A stretch of 33,448 bases of DNA from a virus (lineage: Duplodnaviria; Caudoviricetes), in IMG/VR virus record IMGVR_UViG_3300005512_000173, positions 1 to 33,448 of that record; one strand, written 5' to 3'. Below the pieces are notes generated by a model, which made no database searches, was not told the origin of the DNA, and worked only from the letters and a program-made list of their open reading frames with translations. Positions 26,001 through 32,688 of this stretch are shown piece after piece. A program made the position numbers and the translations under genes. Position 1 is the first letter of the stretch; each line of letters starts with the position of its first letter.

Positions 26001-28902
26001 TTGCTGGACTATTTGATGCATTAAGTAAAGTCAAATAGTATACACCATCTTGTTGTCCACTAATGAGTGGTTGAATTTCATTAGCACCTTGAACCACAAA
26101 ATTAGTGCGATACTTCTTCCTACTAAAGTGAGGTAAATTAATATCTCTAGTTAAGGTGTCATTTGTAAATGTTCCTGGATCAGTACTAATTCCAATTGAA
26201 AATTCTTTTGCACTACTAATACCAGAAACAACATATGTTCCGTTGAATCCTGTTCCTGCAGTTCCAGCTGTGTTATTGGAACTTGTAACATTAACGATAT
26301 TAACTTGAGATCCAACGTTTAATTCGTGTGGAAGTTCTGTGGTAATTTTGGCAACATTTGATGACCAAGATGCACCAGCAATAAATCTTGGATTTCTTAA
26401 TTGGTTGACGTTTGAAAGAGATCCTGATCCAAAATACTTTTCAACTTCAGAAGTTGTTGATCCAATTGAAGTGCTAGACTCTTGTAAAACAAACGCATCT
26501 TGTGGTGGACGAGCAACAACACCACCAATTGATGCTGGGATGACATATCTGGCACGATATATTGTATCAATTGCGTTTCTTGTATCACCTTTTCTCTTGA
26601 TATAAGATCTTGGAGTTGCACTTCCTAATGCAGTTGTTCCGAGACCAACAACGACATCATTATAAATTTGGTTCTCTGTGCTTGCACTTGCAACTTTAAC
26701 ATACCATTGGTTTTCTACTGTGTCATACTGAACAGGGTGTCCAACATCACCAGAGTTTTTATCGGATACTCTACTTACAATGGATAACTTACCACCAAGA
26801 TTGTTAATGGTTAGTTCTGCAGCATTCTTTGCATCTGTCTCTGTTTTAGCAAGTTGAATATCGACATTTGTACTAATACCAGCTGCAGTATTATCATCAG
26901 TGATAGCAAAGTAAACAGTGTTTGGATCTAAACCATCAGGAAGTCTGCCGTTGTCGCTGAAAACTCTAACAGATTCTCCGTTTTCAAAAGTATGAGTTGA
27001 TGTTAACTTAATAGTATTAGAGGTAATACTATTAATACCTGCAGCACTTTGTGCTACTGTAAATTTCTTTTCTGAACTTGATTGCGAATTCTGCATCACA
27101 ATACGTGATTTGAATTCAACAGAAGTTCCTCCAGAGGGAACTAGAACGTGCAATTGATCGCTTGTTCTTGCACCAACTCTAAAACCTTCTAATACGTTCT
27201 CTGGTGGAACGTCTGCGTTTGTTTGTTGGTAGAGATAAAGTTGTGCTGTAGATCCTATACCAGCAGTCTTTTCAACGTCAATTGCATTAAATTCAATTGC
27301 AGTCTCAGTGATTGGTACTTCTTTTGGTGGAATTATATGAGTGACATATCCCTGATCATCTTGAGAGAATGCAGCATCTCTATATCCTTTAGAAACTAAA
27401 GCATGTGATCCAAAGTTAGAGTTAGAGTTGGTGATGGACATGTCAGCACCGGACTCTGCCACAAAGTGTTCTGCATATCCGATAGCAAAGATAGAAACTG
27501 CCTGAATAACGGCGTTGTTTGAACTCTTAATGTGGAAAGTTTTGTAGGCAGGTTTATAAACTGCTCTAGAGTTTGTACTCAGATTACTGAGTGATGTGCT
27601 ATCTTGATATACACCTGTTGTTGTGTTGTATTTTACAAATGCACTATCATCCTTCTGGAGACTGATACCAGTGAATTGAGCCACAACCATGGATTTAAAT
27701 CCAGTTGCTTTCGCACCATCAGCGTGCATACCGCACATACCGAAGACAGAACGCAGAGATAGGTTGAAGATATAAGGAGATGCTGATGTAACAGTATCCG
27801 ATTGTAATGTTAAAGTAGAACCTGTTGCAGATGGTAATGCGTTGGTAGGAGCGTTTTGAACCTCATATTTGACCTGAGTGGCACTTACTTTTTCAGCAAC
27901 AACAAATTGACCATCATATCCAGACGCAGTAACACCACTAATTCTGATTGGAGTGTCAACATCAAGACCAGTTACACTTGAATTTGTTGTTACAGTAATA
28001 GTAGTGGATGGAGTTGATCCATCTCCTGCTTTGATGCTGGAGATTCCAACACTTTGTCCAGTAGATCCAACGATACGATATTCATCAATTTTAGGTTGAA
28101 TATCAATTGAAGTAGATGGGTAATCTGGTTCAATTTCTCTTCCACTAGCAGTTCCATATACCAAACCAACCTTTTCATAATACATGTCAAGGTCAGTTCT
28201 TGCCGCAGTGAAAGTATTGAAACTATCTTTTATGCTGACATTATTAACACCATCAGCGTACTCAAAGCAGCTTAGTTTGTGGTGGGAGAAGTTTGGTACG
28301 AAAGTATTGTCGGTATAATCTTTATAGCAGACTCCTGTTGGATCAGCATCAAATATACTAAACTGCCAGAAATAACAAGCACCAGTTACTCTAAACAGAG
28401 CAGATCTTTCAATGTTATCATTATCTGGGTTTGGAATATATTTTGGACGAATCTTGGTCTTTCTTAGATCAAGACCAACAATAGAAGTGCCACGAGGGAC
28501 AATTACACCCCCGTAGATACTATTCATCTTGAATAGGGCATTATCTGGGTTGTTTAAATCGTATATGGTCTCCAGATCCCATGCAGGTAAGTTATTGCTT
28601 GTGCCACCACCACGAAGTCTATAGTTATCTGCTCCGTCTGGAATAAATCCAGGTCTGTTATCAATCTCATGGTCACCAGGATATAATAAAATAGTGGTTT
28701 GACCAAATCTATCGTTATTCAGACCACGCTGATACGAAAATCTTGCTGCTTCAATCAGCGCACGTTGAATAGTCTTAAAAGGTCTGGTGAGTGAATTACC
28801 TTTATTCTCTACGCTATCTGTAGAATCCAGATCATTAGGACTTACATATAGGATATTACCACGTGCATTCTTAAGAAAATTCTCTAATCTTGAAAGACCC
28901 AT
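23011..28902 (-). CDS. Large baseplate / proximal tail fibre protein (1963 aa)
   Basis: MGLSRLENFLKN...GNSLTRPFKTIQRALIEAARFSY N-terminus typical of cyanomyovirus structural proteins, repeated HG/HxL beta domains, GIGT modules, C-terminal putative docking domain. Confidence 0.85.
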   Translation of the reverse strand: MGLSRLENFLKNARGNILYVSPNDLDSTDSVENKGNSLTRPFKTIQRALIEAARFSYQRGLNNDRFGQTTILLYPGDHEIDNRPGFIPDGADNYRLRGGGTSNNLPAWDLETIYDLNNPDNALFKMNSIYGGVIVPRGTSIVGLDLRKTKIRPKYIPNPDNDNIERSALFRVTGACYFWQFSIFDADPTGVCYKDYTDNTFVPNFSHHKLSCFEYADGVNNVSIKDSFNTFTAARTDLDMYYEKVGLVYGTASGREIEPDYPSTSIDIQPKIDEYRIVGSTGQSVGISSIKAGDGSTPSTTITVTTNSSVTGLDVDTPIRISGVTASGYDGQFVVAEKVSATQVKYEVQNAPTNALPSATGSTLTLQSDTVTSASPYIFNLSLRSVFGMCGMHADGAKATGFKSMVVAQFTGISLQKDDSAFVKYNTTTGVYQDSTSLSNLSTNSRAVYKPAYKTFHIKSSNNAVIQAVSIFAIGYAEHFVAESGADMSITNSNSNFGSHALVSKGYRDAAFSQDDQGYVTHIIPPKEVPITETAIEFNAIDVEKTAGIGSTAQLYLYQQTNADVPPENVLEGFRVGARTSDQLHVLVPSGGTSVEFKSRIVMQNSQSSSEKKFTVAQSAAGINSITSNTIKLTSTHTFENGESVRVFSDNGRLPDGLDPNTVYFAITDDNTAAGISTNVDIQLAKTETDAKNAAELTINNLGGKLSIVSRVSDKNSGDVGHPVQYDTVENQWYVKVASASTENQIYNDVVVGLGTTALGSATPRSYIKRKGDTRNAIDTIYRARYVIPASIGGVVARPPQDAFVLQESSTSIGSTTSEVEKYFGSGSLSNVNQLRNPRFIAGASWSSNVAKITTELPHELNVGSQVNIVNVTSSNNTAGTAGTGFNGTYVVSGISSAKEFSIGISTDPGTFTNDTLTRDINLPHFSRKKYRTNFVVQGANEIQPLISGQQDGVYYLTLLNASNSPATSPFTASEFAQPIVNLFPQRDKDTPLSDPEESASLAISQTIGEVVVDDVKKSITRETINKFINDTDVGVGLTDIVSGVGRSTHTIHTEIDHGFNGVVRASIASSGANYGTGAEATYFNARLISIGSSTTGEHATAKVDVAASGGITAIQIMDGGSAYGIGNTMHVVGIATTGVTHTPAVVTVTSISNNVGDVIRISGVSSESNKPYNTLYRLTGLEVGAAKSFVVSGDILSGVSTTGIGTNVLANATAYLTGQALGISAFAFDPTSGIATVTTSTNHGLRVNNKIRISTGISTLTAFNSDFVIKENISLTQFSVLVGSGATNTTSVTGSSMFALRGGVQSNDGIPTIENESLNGRMVPQYAGITTTLSSGISDATSESISLTGVADLGLMIGDYLSIDDEIVRIKTAPANPASNPVTVFRAALGTRAVTHVNGSIVRKIKPFPVELRRHSINRASGHTFEYVGFGPGNYSTALPDRQDRSISSSEELLAQTIKESGGVNFFTGMNDRGISFSGNKKLSSVTGQEEIFDSPIRTTTGEDISKNKSINILNVTDGVVANTLRVDGGAEGKSASEFTGPVIFTNKITSTSSKGIEASSVFIQGDSTVSRKHTVGIATPTTAGTPGDVVYYENPEQGKYVGWVYTVNQDWKRFGNVSLSKDADQYLFDQVGIATTTLSNSTLRVGAGSSLFAVDGDGVGIGTTANGKALRVVGDSDFGGNINVGVITATFLHGDGNNLTNLNATATGWQQVASGLGTGIYNSAFTGASPTTANVGVGTSVPEHNLHVGNAGLGRTALFVEGGISVFNSGIAATDISVSGIITADNFKLNNGTSGQINAGIVTTGDLVVGTSGTVLTTSSARIGIGTASPRAKLDVNDRVRLKSYFEEVSAVTSSSGNVNLDLQIAQNFTITTTEEITQFTLLNTPDDVTTFTIKITQGSTGRNVGIDTFKNDGGNDIPVYWPGGVLPVVTVGAGKSDIYSFKSFNGCTELYGVVGGQNFG

Positions 28903-28934
28903 CTTATCTAAACACTATAAGTTCTGTTATGGAT

Positions 28935-28942
28935 TATTTATC
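28935..28942 (-). promoter_or_regulatory. Late promoter GATAAATA
   Basis: ATAAATA core immediately after the terminator and 32 nt upstream of the ATG at 28902. Confidence 0.7.
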
Positions 28943-28945
28943 CAT

Positions 28946-28972
28946 AAAAAAACCTCCCCTAAGAGAGGTTTT
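28946..28972 (-). terminator. Intrinsic terminator
   Basis: AAAACCTCTC-TTAG-GGGAGGTTTT plus further T residues. Confidence 0.85.
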
Positions 28973-29003
28973 AATTAGCACAAATTGCGTGCTTCCTTCA
29001 CAC
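28946..29003 (-). ncRNA. Candidate small RNA of about 58 nt
   Basis: TATAAT at 29015-29010, predicted +1 G at 29003, 5' GTGTGAAGGAAG, hairpin AGCAC/GTGCT, terminator; no recognisable -35. Confidence 0.35.
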
Positions 29004-29010
29004 GGATACA

Positions 29011-29625
29011 TTATATAGTAGCATACTTTTCAGGTTCCCACGAGACCTCTAATTTTTTGTCAAAAACCATCAAATATCTATGCTTTCTGCTTCTTTCTCT
29101 CCATTCACCTTCTCGACCTTTCATAGGTCCACGGGAATGTTTTGTTCCGTCAGCAAAATAAAAATCTTTTTTGGATTCACTTAATCCGTAATAGTCAAAA
29201 TTACAAGCACGGTAGATAATTCCAGAATGGTGAGCAGAGTCAGCATAACTTAGAATAGCACGAACATTAGTATCTTTTCTAAATTTTCTGATACAACGAC
29301 TGACAAACCATGAGGTAATATTGTACTCTTCTTTCTGAAGTTCTGGATCTACACATAATCTAGAAAGTTCAAATAAACCTTCTTGCTGGTTTCTCTCTAG
29401 TCCGAATGCTCCTTTGGCAATTTCTGGAACAGGGAGCCCAGTAAAAATACAAACGGCAAGACACCCACCGATATTAAGAGGACAGTCCCAGTCGGAGTTT
29501 CTAAAAAGTCCATAATTATATCCGGACTTAAAGTCTTTTGATTCGTCTTTTAAGTAATGGTAATTATACAGTAGACGTTTACAACTTTCTTTGTCTACTC
29601 TATCAATATAAAAATCACTTTTCAC
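29011..29625 (-). CDS. Mom-like adenine/DNA modification enzyme (GNAT fold)
   Basis: HYL, FELSRL, SWFVSR, LSYAD..H.G.IYRACNF.Y.G motifs of the Mu Mom family. Confidence 0.8.
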   Translation of the reverse strand: MKSDFYIDRVDKESCKRLLYNYHYLKDESKDFKSGYNYGLFRNSDWDCPLNIGGCLAVCIFTGLPVPEIAKGAFGLERNQQEGLFELSRLCVDPELQKEEYNITSWFVSRCIRKFRKDTNVRAILSYADSAHHSGIIYRACNFDYYGLSESKKDFYFADGTKHSRGPMKGREGEWRERSRKHRYLMVFDKKLEVSWEPEKYATI

Positions 29626-29800
29626 TTTTTTTCTCTAAGATATATTCTACAGTATTAACAACGTCCTCCATGGCATCTCTTAAAATGGGACGTTGACCAG
29701 AATGACAATCTCCTGTTTTTGTTACTCCATTTCTTAATTCTTCACACAAAGTCCAACGCCATTGTGACATGCTTTTAGAATACCATAAGTTAATCTTCAT
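29615..29800 (-). CDS. Small hypothetical protein (61 aa)
   Basis: MKINLWYSKSMSQWRWTL; GGAGGAG Shine-Dalgarno at 29811-29805. The longer track ORF would overlap tRNA-Thr. Confidence 0.7.
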   Translation of the reverse strand: MKINLWYSKSMSQWRWTLCEELRNGVTKTGDCHSGQRPILRDAMEDVVNTVEYILEKKSEK

Positions 29801-29815
29801 AACACTCCTCCAATA

Positions 29816-29889
29816 AGCCAACTAACGGACTTGAACCGTTGACCTGAGCTTTACAAAAACCCTGCTCTATCCAGCTGAGCTAAGTTGGC
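29816..29889 (-). tRNA. tRNA-Thr(UGU)
   Basis: GCCAACT/AGTTGGC acceptor stem, GCTC/GAGC D-stem, loop TTTGTAA, AACGG-TTCAAGT-CCGTT T-arm; CCA not encoded. Confidence 0.93.
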
Positions 29890-29891
29890 AA

Positions 29892-30161
29892 TCAATCTAC
29901 AGGCAGTAGTTCTGGATTATCTAATTCTAACTCAAAAAGCATCGGATGACATTCCTCTGCAATCAAATACATAGACGCTTTATATAGGTCTTCTGGTTCA
30001 AAGGTTCTCTCCCCATTTGCCGCTTCTACAACCTCAGTGGTATGAAGTGCATGATGCGGCAATTCATCAAAAGTAAACGGAATTTGATTAATGAAATACA
30101 TTAAGACGATTGTCTTCTTTTTACTATACCAACAATAAGCGGTATCTATTTGGTATTTCAT
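29892..30161 (-). CDS. Hypothetical protein (89 aa)
   Basis: ORF fills the gap between two tRNAs; ACTAAATA at 30180-30187. Confidence 0.7.
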   Translation of the reverse strand: MKYQIDTAYCWYSKKKTIVLMYFINQIPFTFDELPHHALHTTEVVEAANGERTFEPEDLYKASMYLIAEECHPMLFELELDNPELLPVD

Positions 30162-30186
30162 GATATTTTATTTTTCGTTTATTTAG

Positions 30187-30271
30187 TGCGAGTAGCCAGA
30201 CTTGAACTGGCACGACTGTAATAGTCAACGAATTTTAAATTCGGTGTGTCTACCGATTCCACCATACTCGC
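30187..30271 (-). tRNA. tRNA-Leu(UAA)
   Basis: GCGAGTA/TACTCGC acceptor stem, loop TTTAAAA, long variable arm GACT/AGTC, GCCAG-TTCAAGT-CTGGC T-arm. Confidence 0.93.
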
Positions 30272-30274
30272 GGA

Positions 30275-30347
30275 TGCAGGTTGAGGGAATCGAACCCACC
30301 TTATGACGAATTATGAGTTCGCTCCATTCCCAGATTGGTAAACCTGC
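30275..30347 (-). tRNA. tRNA(CAU), elongator Met or Ile2, overlapping the HNH gene
   Basis: GCAGGTT/AACCTGC acceptor stem, CCA/TGG D-stem, GCGAA-CTCATAA-TTCGT anticodon arm, GTGGG-TTCGATT-CCCTC T-arm (one mismatch); lacks initiator features. Confidence 0.8.
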
Positions 30348-30775
30348 TCAATTAGGAACTCTTCCCAACTACTTCCATAGTGTAGCATATTATGGCAGTT
30401 GTGGCAAAGAAGGTCGCATTTATCAACTTCTTCTTTAATGAGTTCCCATTTACGATTTGCGAAATTTCTCCCGTCAAGTTTTAATTCTTTTTGGGATGGG
30501 TCTCTGTGATGAAAACATAGAGTTGCGGGTCTATCTTCACCACAAGTTTGACACTTACCACCTTTGTATTGAAGTGCTTTCCACTTATTGGAATAACCTC
30601 TTGCTTTTTGTTCGGTATAAGTGTTCCTGTCTTTGATTACAGGATCGTTTTTATACCTCCATTTAGCACGACAACTTTCATTACAATAAAGTTTTGCTCG
30701 CCCACCTTTACGGAGACTTTGTGGAACTTCCTTACCACAAGATTTACAAGCAATCATAGTTATGAATACATACAT
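30311..30775 (-). CDS. HNH homing endonuclease with N-terminal zinc finger
   Basis: CKSC...CNESC; KGGKCQTCG...FHHRDP...KCDLLCHNCHNMLH. The true start may be a later Met. Confidence 0.88.
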   Translation of the reverse strand: MYVFITMIACKSCGKEVPQSLRKGGRAKLYCNESCRAKWRYKNDPVIKDRNTYTEQKARGYSNKWKALQYKGGKCQTCGEDRPATLCFHHRDPSQKELKLDGRNFANRKWELIKEEVDKCDLLCHNCHNMLHYGSSWEEFLIEQVYQSGNGANS

Positions 30776-30780
30776 ACACC

Positions 30781-30788
30781 TATTTATA
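30781..30788 (-). promoter_or_regulatory. Late promoter TATAAATA for the HNH gene
   Basis: Exact consensus directly upstream of the ORF. Confidence 0.8.
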
Positions 30789-30793
30789 AAAAT

Positions 30794-30821
30794 GCTGCAT
30801 TCACCAGATTGCTAAGGGAGC
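30794..30821 (-). pseudogene. Orphan 5' fragment of a tRNA (acceptor strand, D-arm, first two anticodon-stem bases)
   Basis: GCTCCCT-TA-GCA-ATCTGGTGAA-TGC-A-GC aligns with GCAGGTT-TA-CCA-ATCTGGGAA-TGG-A-GC of the downstream tRNA(CAU). Confidence 0.8.
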
Positions 30822-30894
30822 AAAAAAGGTAAGGGAGTCAAAATTTTGCCGAAAATTTTTCCCCCCTTTTTTGCAATTAAAGGTCGTTTTTCCC

Positions 30895-31077
30895 TCACAC
30901 AGGGTCAGCATACGCAAGGACATCATCATCACACTTATCACGCACCATTTCAAGAACAGACATGAATTGATCAACTGTTTCGCAGTCTACAATCTTTTCA
31001 TCACCTTGTTCAGAGTAAAGATAGAACTTGCGTGCTACTGGATCAACGACGCAGCGGGAAAGGAAATCTTCTTGCAT
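30895..31077 (-). CDS. Small acidic hypothetical protein (60 aa)
   Basis: First ORF after the sigma70 promoter. Confidence 0.7.
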   Translation of the reverse strand: MQEDFLSRCVVDPVARKFYLYSEQGDEKIVDCETVDQFMSVLEMVRDKCDDDVLAYADPV

Positions 31078-31100
31078 GTGGTTTGCTTGACTACCCCCAT

Positions 31101-31129
31101 ATTATACAACGGAAAAAAGTCTGTGTCAA
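31101..31129 (-). promoter_or_regulatory. Consensus sigma70-type (early) promoter for the tRNA/Mom unit
   Basis: TTGACA (31129-31124), 17-nt spacer, TATAAT (31106-31101). Confidence 0.9.
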
Positions 31130-31133
31130 GACC

Positions 31134-31913
31134 TTAGTATGGTCCACCAAAATCGGTTCCAGTTATGATGCCAAGAACACTGGTGAGTGAAGTGATGCCA
31201 ACATTGTTTGTTGCAATCTTTCTATCATATGACCAACGATGGAATTGATATTCAGTTTTTTCACTCTTAACCAAGTTAACGGCATTAACAAATGATCCTA
31301 TCCCAGCAGATTCAATGGTCAAATAACGAGTGGTGACAATTCCAATACTGGCAGCGATTCCAGCATTATTGCAGTTAGCAACAAATGCAAAAACAGTTCC
31401 TGCAACTCCACCCCCACCTCTGGTATAAACGGTAGTCACACCAATTCCTGCATTAGTTGTTCCTAGCCCTACAGCACCTTCACCACTAAATGGATTATCA
31501 GTGTCTGCGTCAAGAGTATCATTTTCAATTTTTGGATATCTATAAACTTGCAGAGAATCTAAATTAATTTGCCCAAAAGCAATGACTTGTGTTGATCCAA
31601 TGCCTACAATTCCTGTATTGTTTCCTGTGGTTGTTCCAATACCACTCACAATATCCCCATAGTGAGTAGCAAAATATGTTGTATCTGAGGAATAGCATGT
31701 TGATCCTATTCCTGTTGTTCCTCCAATTTCTACCAGAGCATTTAGTGATACAGTTGTTTTATCAAACTCAGTAATTATAAGTTCATCAATTTCTTTTGCT
31801 GGGACGAAATAATCACTGGCAAGACCAATTGCCCTGTTCCTATATTCTACAATGTCAAGATTTTGTTGTTGTAAAAAAGAGCGGTCACTTACTATTCCTA
31901 CACTGATACTCAT
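31134..31913 (-). CDS. Virion structural protein, hypothetical (259 aa)
   Basis: GIGT/GIGST motifs like the neighbouring structural genes; ATGA overlap with the upstream gene. Confidence 0.65.
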   Translation of the reverse strand: MSISVGIVSDRSFLQQQNLDIVEYRNRAIGLASDYFVPAKEIDELIITEFDKTTVSLNALVEIGGTTGIGSTCYSSDTTYFATHYGDIVSGIGTTTGNNTGIVGIGSTQVIAFGQINLDSLQVYRYPKIENDTLDADTDNPFSGEGAVGLGTTNAGIGVTTVYTRGGGGVAGTVFAFVANCNNAGIAASIGIVTTRYLTIESAGIGSFVNAVNLVKSEKTEYQFHRWSYDRKIATNNVGITSLTSVLGIITGTDFGGPY

Positions 31914-32686
31914 TTGTCACTCCTCCACTTGGTTTCTCTGCGGTCATAATCCCAACCACCAATTAGGAAGTTTTCATTGCCTCCAGGATAATCATCAGGA
32001 GTTTCTCCATCATAAACAACATGAAGTGTTTTATCATGATCCATTGGGTCTAACCATCTTGCAGCCCATACTTCATAGAAACAGTGAATGTTTGCACCAT
32101 TTCCAGATCTAACTAGAATTCTCTTACCCCACTCAATCTTATCAACAATAAGATCTTGAGAATAACCAATCTGAGTCATGGTAACGGTAATAGTTTCAGG
32201 ATCAATGAGTCCGTCCCAATACTCTGGCAATTCAATCACATTTTTATTCTTAAGTTGTCCTCTAACATAGATTCCTGCTTCTGGACCCTCAGCAATAACA
32301 TGACGAATTCTTTTTCCTTTTTGTTTTACATGAGGAATATCAAATAGTTTATTTCCACTCGCAACACCATTGACATTACCAGTCAAATTTCCAGTGAAAG
32401 TTGACGCTGTAACATTGTTAGCACAAGTTATGTTACCAGTAGAATTGATATTGACAACAGTTTCAATATTTTTATCTATCTTTAAGTTTCCAACATTAAC
32501 ATTGTAATGAAGATATGGTTGGCAAGGAGTTATTGAAAAATCTCCCACCTGAGCAGATCTTCCATAACTTCCTTCACCAGTTGAGTGCTTTACAATATAA
32601 TCAAACTTAGTTGAATATGGTCCAGTAATTGATCCATCTGAACATTTTGCTGAATCAAATTCAGGTGTAAAAGCAAGATCTGACAT
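31910..32686 (-). CDS. Structural/spike-like protein with FDIPH...RH...EGP...YxRG domain
   Basis: KLFDIPH...IRHVIAEGPEAGIYVRG...LPEYW...DYPG; paralogue of the upstream gene. Confidence 0.7.
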   Translation of the reverse strand: MSDLAFTPEFDSAKCSDGSITGPYSTKFDYIVKHSTGEGSYGRSAQVGDFSITPCQPYLHYNVNVGNLKIDKNIETVVNINSTGNITCANNVTASTFTGNLTGNVNGVASGNKLFDIPHVKQKGKRIRHVIAEGPEAGIYVRGQLKNKNVIELPEYWDGLIDPETITVTMTQIGYSQDLIVDKIEWGKRILVRSGNGANIHCFYEVWAARWLDPMDHDKTLHVVYDGETPDDYPGGNENFLIGGWDYDRRETKWRSDK

Positions 32687-32688
32687 GA

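Noticed and set aside
30275-30821. Self-splicing intron in the tRNA(CAU) gene
   Set aside because: The upstream acceptor strand GCTCCCT cannot pair with the downstream AACCTGC, and there is no room for a ribozyme core outside the HNH ORF.
30891-30900. Second Yfr1-complement-like word GTGTGAGGG
   Set aside because: It coincides with the last codon and stop of the 60-aa ORF and lacks its own promoter or terminator.
649-32347. Numerous short plus-strand and nested minus-strand ORFs in the track
   Set aside because: They lie within or antisense to long, motif-bearing genes and have no recognisable motifs of their own.
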